A stretch of DNA of 64,000 bases. It comes from Heptranchias perlo (taxonomy: Eukaryota). Location: assembly GCF_035084215.1 (NCBI RefSeq), contig NW_027139559.1:5766001-5830000 (forward strand), read 5' to 3'. Positions 51,805 through 64,000 of the stretch are shown here, piece after piece (the stretch's first letter is position 1; every line of letters starts with the position of its first letter). The position numbers and the translations under genes were made by a program. The notes beneath the pieces were generated by a model. It was not told the origin of the DNA and made no database searches. It saw only the letters and a program-made list of their open reading frames with translations.

Positions 51805-52255
51805 CGTGTCATCTTGGCTCATTGACAGCTCTCTGGGTTCTGAATTCGAAGCTTGTGGCTTCAAGCTCCTCTCCAGGACTTCGGCCCATAATCTAGGCTA
51901 ACACTCCAGCACAATAATCATGGGGGTGCTGATTTGTCGAAGGTGTGGCGTTTCAGATGAGACGCTTCTCCTGGGCCCCGTCGGACTTTTCACCTGGGTG
52001 TTAAAGATCCCATGGGAGATTAAAGGAGCAGCGAACTCTCCCGGAATCTGGGACCTATATTCCGTCCTGAACCTACACTATTTACAAAAACAGTCGAAGA
52101 GTCCCATTAACGACAGTGATGCTCTTAGTCCTTTGTTATGGGCTTATTGGCTGCAGCGTTGTTCATAAAAGTAACAGCGATTACACTTTAAAAAGTAATT
52201 ATTTGGTTGTGAATCTTTTGGGACCTCCTGTAGGGGTGAAAGGCGATCTATGAAG
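51805..52255 (+). mobile_element. Degenerate DeuSINE-like SINE
   Basis: Colinear similarity to 13388-13838. Confidence 0.65.
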
Positions 52256-52859
52256 TGGAACCATTGTTTCTTATCATCGTCGTCATTCTGGCTGATATCA
52301 CTTCAGTTAAAACACAGGTCAGGGAGAAGCATAGATTCGGCCAATGGAAAGCTGAGCGACAGAGATGAAGAATATTCTTTGAGAATCCCAGCCGACAGCG
52401 AGTCCTTGCCCCCAACGGTGGCGCTGCATTTTCTTCCCAAGAGAAAAACAGGACGTTATTTCGAGTGTCCCGTTGAAACTTGATCAGCGCAGACGCTCCG
52501 CCTGAACAAATTGTCCAGGTTGGAGAACTGGTGGGCAGGGCGACATCCAGGCCCATCCATAAAGACTCACCACCTTCTGAAAGGCGGGAAAAAACTAGTC
52601 TTGCAAAAAACAGAACAGCACGAAGCCATTACACCAATCACATTAAACGCAGTTCATTCTGTTAAGTTTCTGTTACAATTGGTATCCTGTGTGAGTCACA
52701 AGGCAGGAGACTAAACAATTGTTTTGTGATCTGCCAGATCAGGGAAGGCTGCACCTGGTGGTCAGGTATGGGAAAATACGCTCACGTATCCAACTTTGGG
52801 CAACTATCATGACTGGCTGGCGGAGAGCCAAGCAGATGTTGCTGAATCTTGGTACCTCC

Positions 52860-53190
52860 ATCTGGAGGAGCTGCCGTTCCATCACATATGGTATCTGTCC
52901 ATGCTGGAGGATATCTCGGTGACTGGGTGGAGCTGCCATTCGAAGGGGTAAGTTATTGATCCATTCCGGTGGATATCTCGATGAACTAGTGGAGCCTCCT
53001 TTCTATTGGATAAGGTAAGTATCCATTCCGGTGGATATCTCAGTGAGTTGGTGGAGCCGCAGTTATATGGGGTGTGGTATGCCTCCATGTTGGAGGATAT
53101 CTCTCCATGCTGGAGGATATCTCCGCGAGTGGATGGAGCCGCTGTTCTATGGGCTATGGTATCTCTCCATGCTGGAGGATATCTCGCTGT
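52860..53190. repeat. Degenerate tandem repeat (CCATGCTGGAGGATATCTC..GTGGAGC)
   Basis: Motif repeated about 6 times. Confidence 0.75.
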
Positions 53191-54651
53191 GCTGCTTATC
53201 TCACACTGCAAATAACACATCCTTCAGTTCGTGGCTCGAAGTATGCCCAGCTGCACCGAGTTTGTGAGCAAATTTATGTGCTGTCCTTCTCACGGTGCCA
53301 ATCTGTGAATCCCACAATATGTAATCAGATAATGCTAAAGAAGTGCATTCGAACTCGGATAGCTCACCGTAGATTCAGCTTCGGTGTAATTAGACAGGAC
53401 TTGCTTTGGGGTCGGTTTTGCGGCCCAGCTTGGTGCTATTTAGATCACGCAGCATGTCAGTTCAATGTAGAATAACACTCGTAGAGTGAAGCTTATGATT
53501 TGTAAATGACCATACGTATTTGTAACAATATGAAAACGTTTACTCTGCGCCAGGTCAGTCACTACTGCGATTATGATGCTTTGAGTTTCAGAATCCAATC
53601 GCCCACACTCAATGCAAATACAAAGCCCTACCCTCACCCCACCTCCCGAAATATCGGCCAGGATTATCATAACCTGAGAGTCTACATGATCCGAGATTTG
53701 TCAGTGGTGACACATTCCGAAGTTTAAATGAATTATTAACTTCATTTTCAATTCTGATTCTCATGGCCAAAACGTACGGGGTAAACGTACATATCGTGTT
53801 TATATCACGGAATATTAGTGGCACCATCCAGGAATATACGCTGCGGTGTGTTATAGATTCCACGAGATCATAATAATAGAAAAAACAAAAAATTACTGAA
53901 GAAATATATCACGTCAGGAATACGAAACCGAACAGTATGTCAGCGTCATCACCGTAAATTACAACTAAATCTAATGACAATGATGCAGGTCTAACGCCAC
54001 TGTATAGATGACAATGTAAAATAGTTTATATATAGTCCTATTTCAGAATGTGTCTGTATCTGCAAGCAACATTTGATATAAAATGTCAAAAGGTTTCGAC
54101 AGTCGAACATAAAGTGCGCTGATCAGTCAAAGTTGAATCTTTAGCCCGCAGTGTTTCCCTGCCCCCGCTTTACTGCCGATCTCTTATGTCATTCTATGTG
54201 AGCCGCAAGAGATTTGGTCCGATAATCAGATCACCTTCTGTTCAGAATGGCATCGAGTTTCATTCTTTTAGATATAATTTCGTTCATTTTGTTGTTATCA
54301 GCTTTCAAATGCGAAATTAATTTTAATGGAAAGCACTTATCAGCATCGTAAAGCTTTTTATTCGCTGAAACGTAAAATGGACGGATATATTTGCCGTGTA
54401 AAATCAATCCTCCGTTTATATACAATATCTGAACTCTACTATCACTATAAGCGAACCCCCAATATTCTGAAAATCACCGTAATCGATATCGGGCTGGTTA
54501 ATGTGTTAACTATATTTTTATGTTCCGTTAGTTCAAATTCGAATACGCCGTATCCCTCACGATTGCCGGTTTCATTCTATTGCAGCGCCTTTGTATCTAA
54601 TCTGTTCTCAACATGACCACCTTTCTAACAATATCAATCTATTGGTTCTAG

Positions 54652-54809
54652 AAACCCCTCAATTAAAGGACGATCCAGAAGACCCCGAGGTAGAGGAAGA
54701 AGGATTAGAAAACTTATATGAGGATGGCAGCACGGCATCAACAGTGATCGCTTTCGTGATTCTGTTTATTCTCAGTATGCTGTACAGTACATTTGTAACC
54801 GTACTTAAG
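54652..54809 (+). CDS. IgNAR: IgNAR TM1 exon (ETPQLKDDPEDPEVEEEGLENLYEDGSTASTVIAFVILFILSMLYSTFVTVLK)
   Basis: TAG acceptor at 54651 (phase 1). Acidic spacer plus Ig TM with F..LF..S..YS..VT CART motif. Phase-0 GTAATA donor at 54810. Confidence 0.93.
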
Positions 54810-55699
54810 GTAATATCAACTTTCAATAGCACAGTGACATTGTGTAAATTCATTAGAAAGCTGAGTTCATACCTTAGATATAACCTGGGTACAAATGATG
54901 AACAAAATATTCTAATCTAAGCACAATGAACATAACAGTATTAGATTGGACTTCATTACTCGTTCCCATGTGATTAACTAGCACATTTATAAATCCTCCT
55001 GAATATGACAACAACAGAGGAATGCAAGTGCACGACAATTATTGGGACATATAAGCAGAAGAAAATACCAATCATGGGAAGTATTACTTTACATCTAGAT
55101 TGGGGAAGGTTAAAAGCACACTAAAAAGGAAAGAGATTTATCGAATGTTTCTGAGTGATAATCCAAAAATAGTTAGCAATATCTTGATAAGGAAGCATCC
55201 TGGGACGACTGAGCGTGACGTGCTTGAAATCACCATCAAATTTGCGAGGGAGAAAGGAGATCAGCAAACAGTGATTTAGCACTTAAACCTGCCTCACTAT
55301 GAAGATATAAGGAAAGTATTGACGGCGGAAGGATGGGATAAAATTTCAGTCGGTAAATCGATGGACAAATAGTGCAATTGATTCAAGAAGGTGATCAGCG
55401 AGCAAAAGAAAATACAATCCCAGAAATGGAAATTGTAAATGGAGGATGTAATTATGGTGAAATTAAATAGTTAGAGCCAGAATTAAACAAAAGGGGAAAG
55501 GTTATGTCAAGGCGAAGACAATGGAAAGTTTGACAGCCAGAACTATTATCAAAAATAAAAGGATATCATGAAATTATGAAATGCACCATCAGATAGACAA
55601 CAATTCCAAGGGATATGAAGGAGAATATCAAATATTTTATCGTTGCATCAAAAGAAATAGAATGAAAGAAGTGCAGATGGGGTTCTTACATAGGAACCG

Positions 55700-58600
55700 A
55701 GGAACAGGAGTAGGCAATTCAGCCCCTCCAGCCAGTTCCACCATTCACTGAGATCATGGACGAACTGTATCTCAACTCTATTTACCCGCCTTGGTTCCAT
55801 ATCCCTTAATACCCTTACCTAACAACAATGTATCAATCTCAGTTTTGATATTTTCAATTTTGGTAGCCTCAGTACCTTTTTGGGGGAGAGTGTTCCAGAT
55901 TTCCACTGCCCTTTGTGTGAAGAAATGCTTCCTGACATCACCTATATACGGATCAGCTCAAATTTGAAGACCATGCCCCCCTTGTTCTGGACTCCCCCAT
56001 CAGAGGAAGTAGTTTCTCTCTATCTACTCTTTCCAATCCTTTAATCATCTTAAACACTAAAACGCTAGAGGTACGAAAGGAATACTTCGCATCCGTCTTC
56101 ATTAGAGAAGAGGATGCTGCCATTGCAGCGTTAAAGGAGGAGGTAGTAGCGATATTGGATAGGATAAAAATAGATAAAGAGGAGGTACTTAAAAGATTGG
56201 CAGTCCTCAAAGTAGAACAGTCACCCGAACAAGATGGAATCCATCCAAGATTAGTGAGGGAAGTAAGAGTGGAAATTGCGGAGGTTCTGACCACAATCTT
56301 CCAATCCTCCCAAGATATGGAGACGGTGCCAGAGGGCTCAAGGATTACAAATGTTAACCCCTGTACAAAAAATTGGAAAAAGAAAAACCCGGCGATTACA
56401 CGCTGGTCAGACAAACGTCGGTAGTGGGGATAATTTCAGAGACAATAACCATGGCATTTGGAAAAGTTTGGGCTAATAAATGAAAGTCAGCAGGCGTTTA
56501 TTAAAGGCAAATCGTGTTTGACAAATTTGATTGAGTTCTTTCCTGAAGTAGCGGAGAGGGTTGATGAGGTTAGTGCGGTTGACGTTGTGTATATGGACTT
56601 TCAAATGCCATTTGATAAAGTACCGCACAATAGACGTGTTGGCAAAATTAAATCCCATGGGTTTGAAGGGGCAGTGGCAGCGTGAACGTAAAAATTGGCA
56701 CAGTGACAGAAAACAGAGAGTAGTGGTAAATGGTCGTTTTTCAGACAGAGTGGTGTTCCCCAGGGGTCAGTATTAGGACCACTGCTCTTTTCGATATATA
56801 TTAATGACCTGGAACTGGGTATACAGGGTACAATTTCAAAGATTGCAGATGACAAGAAACTCGGAAATGTAGTACGAAAGTAAAGACATTATGCTAAACG
56901 TTCATAAAACGCATATTAGGCTTCAGCTGGAGTATTGTGTGGAATTCTGGACATCACACCTTAGGATCACGTCGAGGCCTTAGAGGCGGTGCAGAAGAGA
57001 TTTACTAGAATGGTACCAGGGATGATGGACTTCAGTTATTTGGAGCAAATGGAAAAGATGGGGTTGTTCCTTTTAGAACAAAGAAGGTTTAGGGGAGATT
57101 TGATAGAGGTGTTCAAAATCATGATCGGTTTTGGTAGAGTAAATAAAGGTAACTGTTACCAGAATTGTTGGTAACCAGAGGACACAGATTTACGATGATC
57201 AGCAAAGGAGCCACACGTGACATGAAGAAACACTTTTTGAATCAGCGAGTTTTAATGATCTGGAATGCACTGATGGAAGGGTGGTGGAAACAGATTCAGT
57301 GGTAACTTTCAAAGGGAATTGGATAAATACTTGAAGGAAAAAAAATGTACCGGGCTATGGGCAAAGAGCAGGTAGGTGGGACTATTTGTATAGCGCCTGG
57401 TGAACGACGGGCCGAAAGGCCTCCTCCCGTGCTGTACTGTGATATGATACTTCGATACCATGAATTCGATGCCCCCTTAATCTTCTATACAAGTCTAGTA
57501 AATGCAAGCTGTCCGAATGAATTGCCCCCTTCAGCCCCCGATATCATTTTGGTGAATCTGCGCTGCACCGTTTCCAGGGCCAAAATAGCCTTCCTGAGAT
57601 GCGGTGCCCAGAACTGAATGCCATTGAATTGGATCATGGACGATGTGTATCTCAACTCCATTGGATAAATACTTGAATGGAAAAATTATACAGGACTATG
57701 AGGAAATAGCAGGGAAATGGGACCTATTGGATCGGTCTTTAAAAGAGCCGGCATAGTCACGATGGGCCTAATGCCCTACTTCCGTGCTGTACTATACTAC
57801 GATGCTATCATACCATGAATTAAATGTCCCTTGAATCTTCTGTACAAGCTTTGTCCATGCACCCTGCCATCATGAATTGTCCATTTTAGCCCCGGATTCA
57901 TTCTGGTGAATCTGCGCTGCACCACCTCCAAGGCCAATATATCCATCCTGAATTGCGGTGCCTTGAACTAAACGCAATACTCCAAGTGCGGTCTAACCAG
58001 AGCTTTATATTACTGTAGCATAACTTACATCCCATTGTATTCCAGCTCCTTTGAGATAAAAGTTAACATTCCAAAAGCCTTTTTAATTATACTGTGTACC
58101 AATCCACCAGCTTGTAGTGATTTCTGTACTTGGATCTCTAAATCTCCCTGCTCCTCCTCGGCTCCTAGCTTCTTACCATTTAGAAATTATTCTGATCTAT
58201 CTTCCTTTGGTCCAAAGTGGATAACCTCTCACTTCCCCATGTTGAACTCCATCGGCCACAGTTTAGCACATGAAGGTCACTTTGCAACGTTCTGCTCCTT
58301 AATTCATTATTTAATCTGCCACTTAACGGGTTCGTCAACAAACTTGGACATGCGCCTCTTTATTCATTCATCTAAGTCATTTATAAAAGTAGTGAAAAGC
58401 TGAGAACCGAGAACACATCTCCGGGGGACTCGACGAGTCATATCCTGTGATGTGTCTCCTGCCTCCTAACCAGTTCCCTCTCCGTGTCAATAGGTTCTCT
58501 CCAATTCCACGAGCTCTCATTTCCTTTCAAAAGAGATTGAGGGGTGATAACAGTGGAGGATAAGGAAAACGAAAAAACAACAAATAAATTAATATTTTGA

Positions 58601-60320
58601 AGCAATCTTCGCAATTTAAATGGACCAAACGATATCTAAAGCTACCTGGAACACTATAGGTTGGAAAGGATGGTATTCAAAGAAATTGGTTTTCAATGTC
58701 AAAAAAACATAACAAAGGACAAACTACTGGAATTGAAACTATTCAAAATTTCCAGACAAGTCGGATTTCATCTGAATGAATTTATAAAATAGATAAGTCA
58801 ACCAGCTATACATTAATTACCACCTGCAAAGGCTCGCTGGATTCAGATGTCATGACATGGAAGAGAGAGACAGTAAACTTTACACAATGAGTAAAAGGGT
58901 TAATGGAAAGTAACGAAGGGCCTGTTAGCTTAACTGCAGCAGTGCAAAATTTCATATCATAGTATTATAATAGGTACAGCATAGCAGCAGGCCATTTGGC
59001 CCATCGTGACGAAAGGATCTATCCAATAAGTCCCATTCTCCTGTTCTTTCCCCATAGCCCTGCATTTTTCCCTTCAAGTATTTAACTAATTCCCTTCATA
59101 AAGTTACCATTGAATCTGCTTCCATCACCCTTTCAGGCAGTGCATTTCAGATCATATCAACTCGCTGAGTAAAAAAAATGTTCCCTCATTTTGCCTCTGG
59201 CATTTTTGCCAATCACCTTAAATCTGTGTCCTCTGGTTGCCGACCCTCCTCCCACTGGAAACAGTTTCTCCTTATTTACTCTATCAAAACCGTTCATGAT
59301 TTTGAACACCTCCATCAAATCTCCACTTAACTGTCTCTGTTCTAACGAGAAATACCGCGGTTCCTCCAATTTCCCCACATAACTGAAGTCCCTCATCCCT
59401 GGAACCATTCTCGTAAATCTCTCCTGCACCCTCTCTAAGGCCTTGACATCCTTCCTAAAGTGTGGCGCCCAGAATTGAACACACTATCCAGCTAAGGCCC
59501 AACCAGTGTTTTATAAAGGTTTAGTATAACTTCCTTGTTTTTGTACTCTCTGCCTCGATTAATAAAGCCAAGGATCCCACATGTTTTTTTAATAGCCTTC
59601 TCAACTTGTACTGCCACCTTCAAAGATTTGTGTCTGTGCACATTTAGTTTATTTTGCCTCTCCTCATTTTTCCTACCAAAATGTATCCATTCACATTTTT
59701 CTCCGTTAAATTCCATCTGTTTTGTGTCTACCCATTTCACCAGTCTGTCCATATCCTTCTGAAGTCTGTTACTGTCCTCCACATTGTTTACTACATTTTT
59801 TTCAGTTTCGTTTCTGCTGCAAATTTAGTAATTATACCCTCTATACCCAAGTCCAGGTCATTAATATATATCAAAAAAAGCCGTGGCTCTAATACTGACC
59901 CCTGGGGAACACCAGTGTATACTTCCCTCCTGTCTGAAAAACAACCGTTCACCGCTACTCTCTACCATTTGTTACTTTGCAAATATCATATCCACACTAC
60001 CACTGTCCCTTTAATCACATGGGCTTGAATTTTACTAACATTCTATTATGTGGTACTTTATCAAATGCCTTTTGAAAGTCCATAAAGACAACGTCAAACG
60101 CACTTCCCTCATCAACATTTCACGTTTCTTCATCAATTAACTCAGTCAAGTTAGTCAAACACGATTTTCCTTTAACAGATCAGAGTTGACTTTCATTTAT
60201 TCGCCTTTTCTTTTCCAAGTCCAACTTAATTTTATCCCGGATTATTGTCTCTAAAAGTTTCCCCATCACCGACGTTAGGCTGACTGGCCGACAGTTGCCG
60301 AGATTATCCCTCTTCCCTTT
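55700..60320. mobile_element. CR1 block in the TM1-TM2 intron (55700-56060 -, 56075-57450 +, 57830-58520 -, 58960-60320 -)
   Basis: RT motifs [37 protein letters not shown]. Confidence 0.87.
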
Positions 60321-62603
60321 GATTTTTTTTTATTAAGGGATTTGAACACTTGGAAAGAATAAACTGATTAAGGAATCACTAATGTTTGATATCACCAACC
60401 TTACAGAGTTTGATTTTGTAGCCACTCCTGTAGCCGATAGAGTCAGCTTGGTAAATGTCCTAAATATGGATTTTCACTGGAAAATAATTTATATTTCATA
60501 CAGAGATTACTGAAAAGATTAAGGCAAGTGAAACCGAAAAGAACCTCATGTGATGGATAGGAAAATGGTTTTATTTGTTGGAGTTCGTAATCTGGGATAA
60601 ATAAGGACATTTCTTACTCCTACAAATCAAACCAATTTCCAGATTGGTGGAATGTGACGAGTGCCATCTCCGGGGAATCTGCTGGAATCCGACCACCAGC
60701 ACTCCAGTGTGGGCAGACGGTTTTTACTGTTTATATTTAATATATTGAAACCTTTTGATTGTAAGCAGTTCCTGTGTGAACTATTTTAAATATATAAATA
60801 TCTATGCCAAACATGAATAATTGCAACAGCATATGTAAACTTGATACGCTATAATGACATCCTCCAGTTATCGTTGGATCGAAAGCAGCTCAGCATTGCC
60901 TCTCCCGGATACTCAGCCTGTACTGCAGATAAACTCCAACCAACGCTAGGTCTCTGCTTCCTAAATTGTTTAGTTTATTTTCGATTGAACTATTAACAGT
61001 AACATAAAATCAAAGTATTATATAAATACAAGGGCCGACTACATGACTTTAAAATGGAAAATAAAATATATTTGTGCGCTTTTCCCCATTATCCCCGTCC
61101 TCATGAATAAAGGCTTAACCCGCAGATTACATTTGGTTTTAGCTTCCTTTATGCAATGTCATCGCAGAGCGATTACTGTATACCGAGAGATAGAGGCATC
61201 GAATGTGTCTGAAATTAAAAAGCTGCTAGCCATCAAATTGTAAACAATTACGCCTTGAAAGTGATTGAAACCTTGCAGTTCCTCTCGCTCTCCATTCCTG
61301 TCTGTCTGTCTTTCTGTCTGTCTGTCGGCCTATCAAGAAATCTATCTATTTCGCTATCTATCTAAGTCTACTGCTCTCATGCACACACATGGAATTCCCT
61401 TGGCATTGCACTGGGACGGTCGAGAGCAAGTTCTGCCTCAGTGATAGAGAGCTGAGGATAATTGAACAGGTGTGCAGGTTTAATTCTCTTCACATTCCAA
61501 AGTCATACATTCGACCTTATTTTTCTAATTACATTATAAATTCCGATCACCACATTTGCAAGTATTTGTCAATCGACACTTATCACACTTCAATTACACA
61601 TCCCAACCAGTAATAGCGCTGAAGTGCGATCTCGCGTCTCCCATCTCTTCTGATTGAATTACAGCGAAAGTTCGATACTCCAACCGACTGCACTTTTCTG
61701 CTTCTGACAGTGATGTAAATTTTGCTATTTAGCTTTAATAGAAACAACGTAAAATCAAAGTATTATCTCGAACCCGGGACACGGTGCATTACATTAAAAT
61801 GGGGAATGAATACAGTTCCTAACCATGTCAGATTTATACCTCAAACACTTCACCAATGGCTCAGGAGCAGAGGGGAGTATATACAAGATTACTGCTAATA
61901 CTAATCAACGAAGTACAATGAACTGTGAATGGACCAGAAAATTACAAAAGAAGATAGCTGCATTAAGCGTGTGGGCAGATGGTTGACAGGTCCATTTCAC
62001 TGAAACAACAAGTGACGTTGTCCATTTCACGTATAAGAATGGTAGATGGGAATAATATGGAAATGGCGAAGTTCTGAGGAGATGTACACGAACACGCAAT
62101 GCCGTTGTTCAGATCCTTATGTCACTGAAATCTAGCGGGCGTTCAAAAGTACTAATGGGATGCTGGGTTTCAGTTCAAGCAGTCTAGAATATAACAGCGA
62201 GCTAAAGAAACCGTCAATCATTTGGAATATCATGTTCAGTTCTTTAGAAACTTTCAAGAGGCTATCCTAGGTTTGCTGGAGCCTAGCGACAATTCACATG
62301 GATCGTCACATTCTTCCAGAAATGATATAATTATTGCCGTATAAATAACATTGGATAACAAATGATTCTCTTATCATTTATAGACTCACGGAGACACGCG
62401 ACTAGGGGTGTTGTCGAGAGTTAGGGTTATGGACATTCATTTGTGGACAATAACACTCGAATCCCAGAAATCCCCTCGCATTCCATGACAATTCGTCAAT
62501 AATTCTGCTTTTTGTCCTACGCTTCTGACTATTCAGTGTGGTCACACGTCACTTCCTCACTCTGTTATTCACTGGGTTGTCATACTATTTCTTTTCACTG
62601 CAG

Positions 62604-62612
62604 GTGAACTAA
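62604..62612 (+). CDS. IgNAR: IgNAR TM2 exon coding part (VN*), giving cytoplasmic tail KVN
   Basis: Strong acceptor TTTCTTTTCACTGCAG|GTG AAC TAA in phase 0, analogous to Ig KVK. Followed by unique sequence with ATTAAA (62832) and AATAAA (63024). Confidence 0.75.
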   Translation: MN

Positions 62613-64000
62613 CGGCCAGTTGGCCAGAAGGTACTTCCGGTTTATAATCCAGGCTTGTGTGGGAACGTCCATCGGTTGCTGACCACAGACGGAACTGGAT
62701 TGCCTCACTCCCTCACAGTTATCGACTGGTGCACTGCACCATTTCATCTCGTATTCAGAGATAGACTCACCCACACCATAATAACTATTTGCCTCATTTT
62801 CTTTCGTAAGCTCATTTTTTATTCGTGTTTTATTAAAGTGCCAGCGTTCAATAGAATTCCGCATAACTGTAGTAAGCCAGTGAACTGGGAAAATTGCGCA
62901 GAATCAATTACAATAAGCTGAGGAGAAATAATTGAATATCCAGGAGGGACAGGTTGGAATTTACTGCAACTGAATGAATATTGCATGAATCAATGTAATA
63001 TTGCATTCAAATGCTGCACCTTGAATAAAGGCTCAATTTTGATGGCATTAATGAGTGGCGCCCTCGCCTAATTTTCAATAGCATAGAACCAGGTGACCTT
63101 CAGACTTATTAAGCATTACCTATAACGCCCATAGGAGCACATATGTGTATCTTTCTTTACCAATATACTGCGGTTAAGGCACGAATTGATATATGACCCA
63201 GTCTGAGGGCTTTACACCTTGCAGAAATCCATTGGAAATTAATGAATGCTGATTATCGACACTTATATCCAGAAAACTGTTGGAAATCAGACGCCTTGTC
63301 TCAACCCACGGGTAAGAATTCCCCTAGAAATTCGTTGCAGTGAGATCATGGGTGGTTTCAAATCACTTTCTCTGAGGCCCTATTTCTGGCAAATTCGTTA
63401 ACATATTTTCAAAGGGCCCGTTAACCAATTGCCAAGAAATACTGAGGAGAAATAACTTACATCAGAGCCTGTGCAGCGTCACTTCCTATTGCTAGACGAT
63501 GGATTCCCCTCTTGTATCTAATTGCAGCAACAAACCCTGGATATAGACGTTATCATCAATTAAATTCTAAAATGAGTGACACTGTGATATTAGGATCGAT
63601 TTTGTTTTAAATATGATATATGGATATTAAGATCAGGAATAGGCCATCCAACCCCTCGCGCTTGCTCCGAAAATCATGGTTGACCTGTACCTCAACTCCA
63701 TATTCCCCTCTTTGCTCCAATATCCCTAATACCCTTTACCTGACATGACTGTATTTGCAGTGATTTGCCTAAACAAAGTCTCAGAAAAAAATAGGGAATT
63801 CTGTCCAACTCCGAATCGTCTGGAAATGAAATGTTCTCATCCACAGATTTTAAGCTCAGCTTTGTTTGAAATGTGATTGCTGTTTAATTACTTTCAGGAT
63901 GTTACTTTTTTATTCTGTCAAAACAAAGGTTTGGAATAAAATAAACACCATCTGCTCCATGCTGTTATTGAAGGTATTTTTTTACTGAAAGTTGTGGGTT

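Larger units (their letters stand above)
30164..62612 (+). other. IgNAR: Complete IgNAR cluster: L-V(D)-D-J-C1-C2-C3-C4-C5/sec-TM1-TM2
   Basis: All exons read by hand with GT/AG boundaries in compatible phase. Leader, V (no CDR2), five C domains and the secretory tail match the recalled nurse-shark IgNAR architecture. No stops or frameshifts were found in the exons. Confidence 0.95.

Noticed and set aside
54830-54836. CACAGTG heptamer after TM1 (also 56701)
   Set aside because: No nonamer at 12 or 23 spacing; the second lies inside a CR1.

Overview
Repeat-rich cartilaginous-fish (shark-like) genomic DNA containing one complete and apparently intact IgNAR (heavy-chain-only new antigen receptor) cluster on the + strand. 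Order: octamer/TATA promoter (~30.04 kb), split leader, VNAR, a single 12/12-RSS D, one J, C1-C5 with an in-exon secretory tail, TM1, and a distant TM2 exon (62.6 kb). All exons are open and splice in phase. The V-D-J region is atypical. There is only one free D instead of the usual three, and V carries a 19-nt 3' extension (YYGLGV) ending in a 22-bp-spacer RSS, consistent with a germline-joined V-D(-D) segment. V has no non-canonical Cys, while D and J each encode one, predicting a germline-programmed intra-CDR3 disulfide loop. The rest of the window is mostly decayed CR1/L2 LINEs, DeuSINE-type SINEs, minisatellites, foldback elements and a C2H2 zinc-finger pseudogene. It also holds a young Penelope-like retroelement with 524-bp inverted arms, each carrying a minimal hammerhead ribozyme. 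Family assignments come from motif recognition by eye; no database searches were run, and repeat boundaries are approximate.
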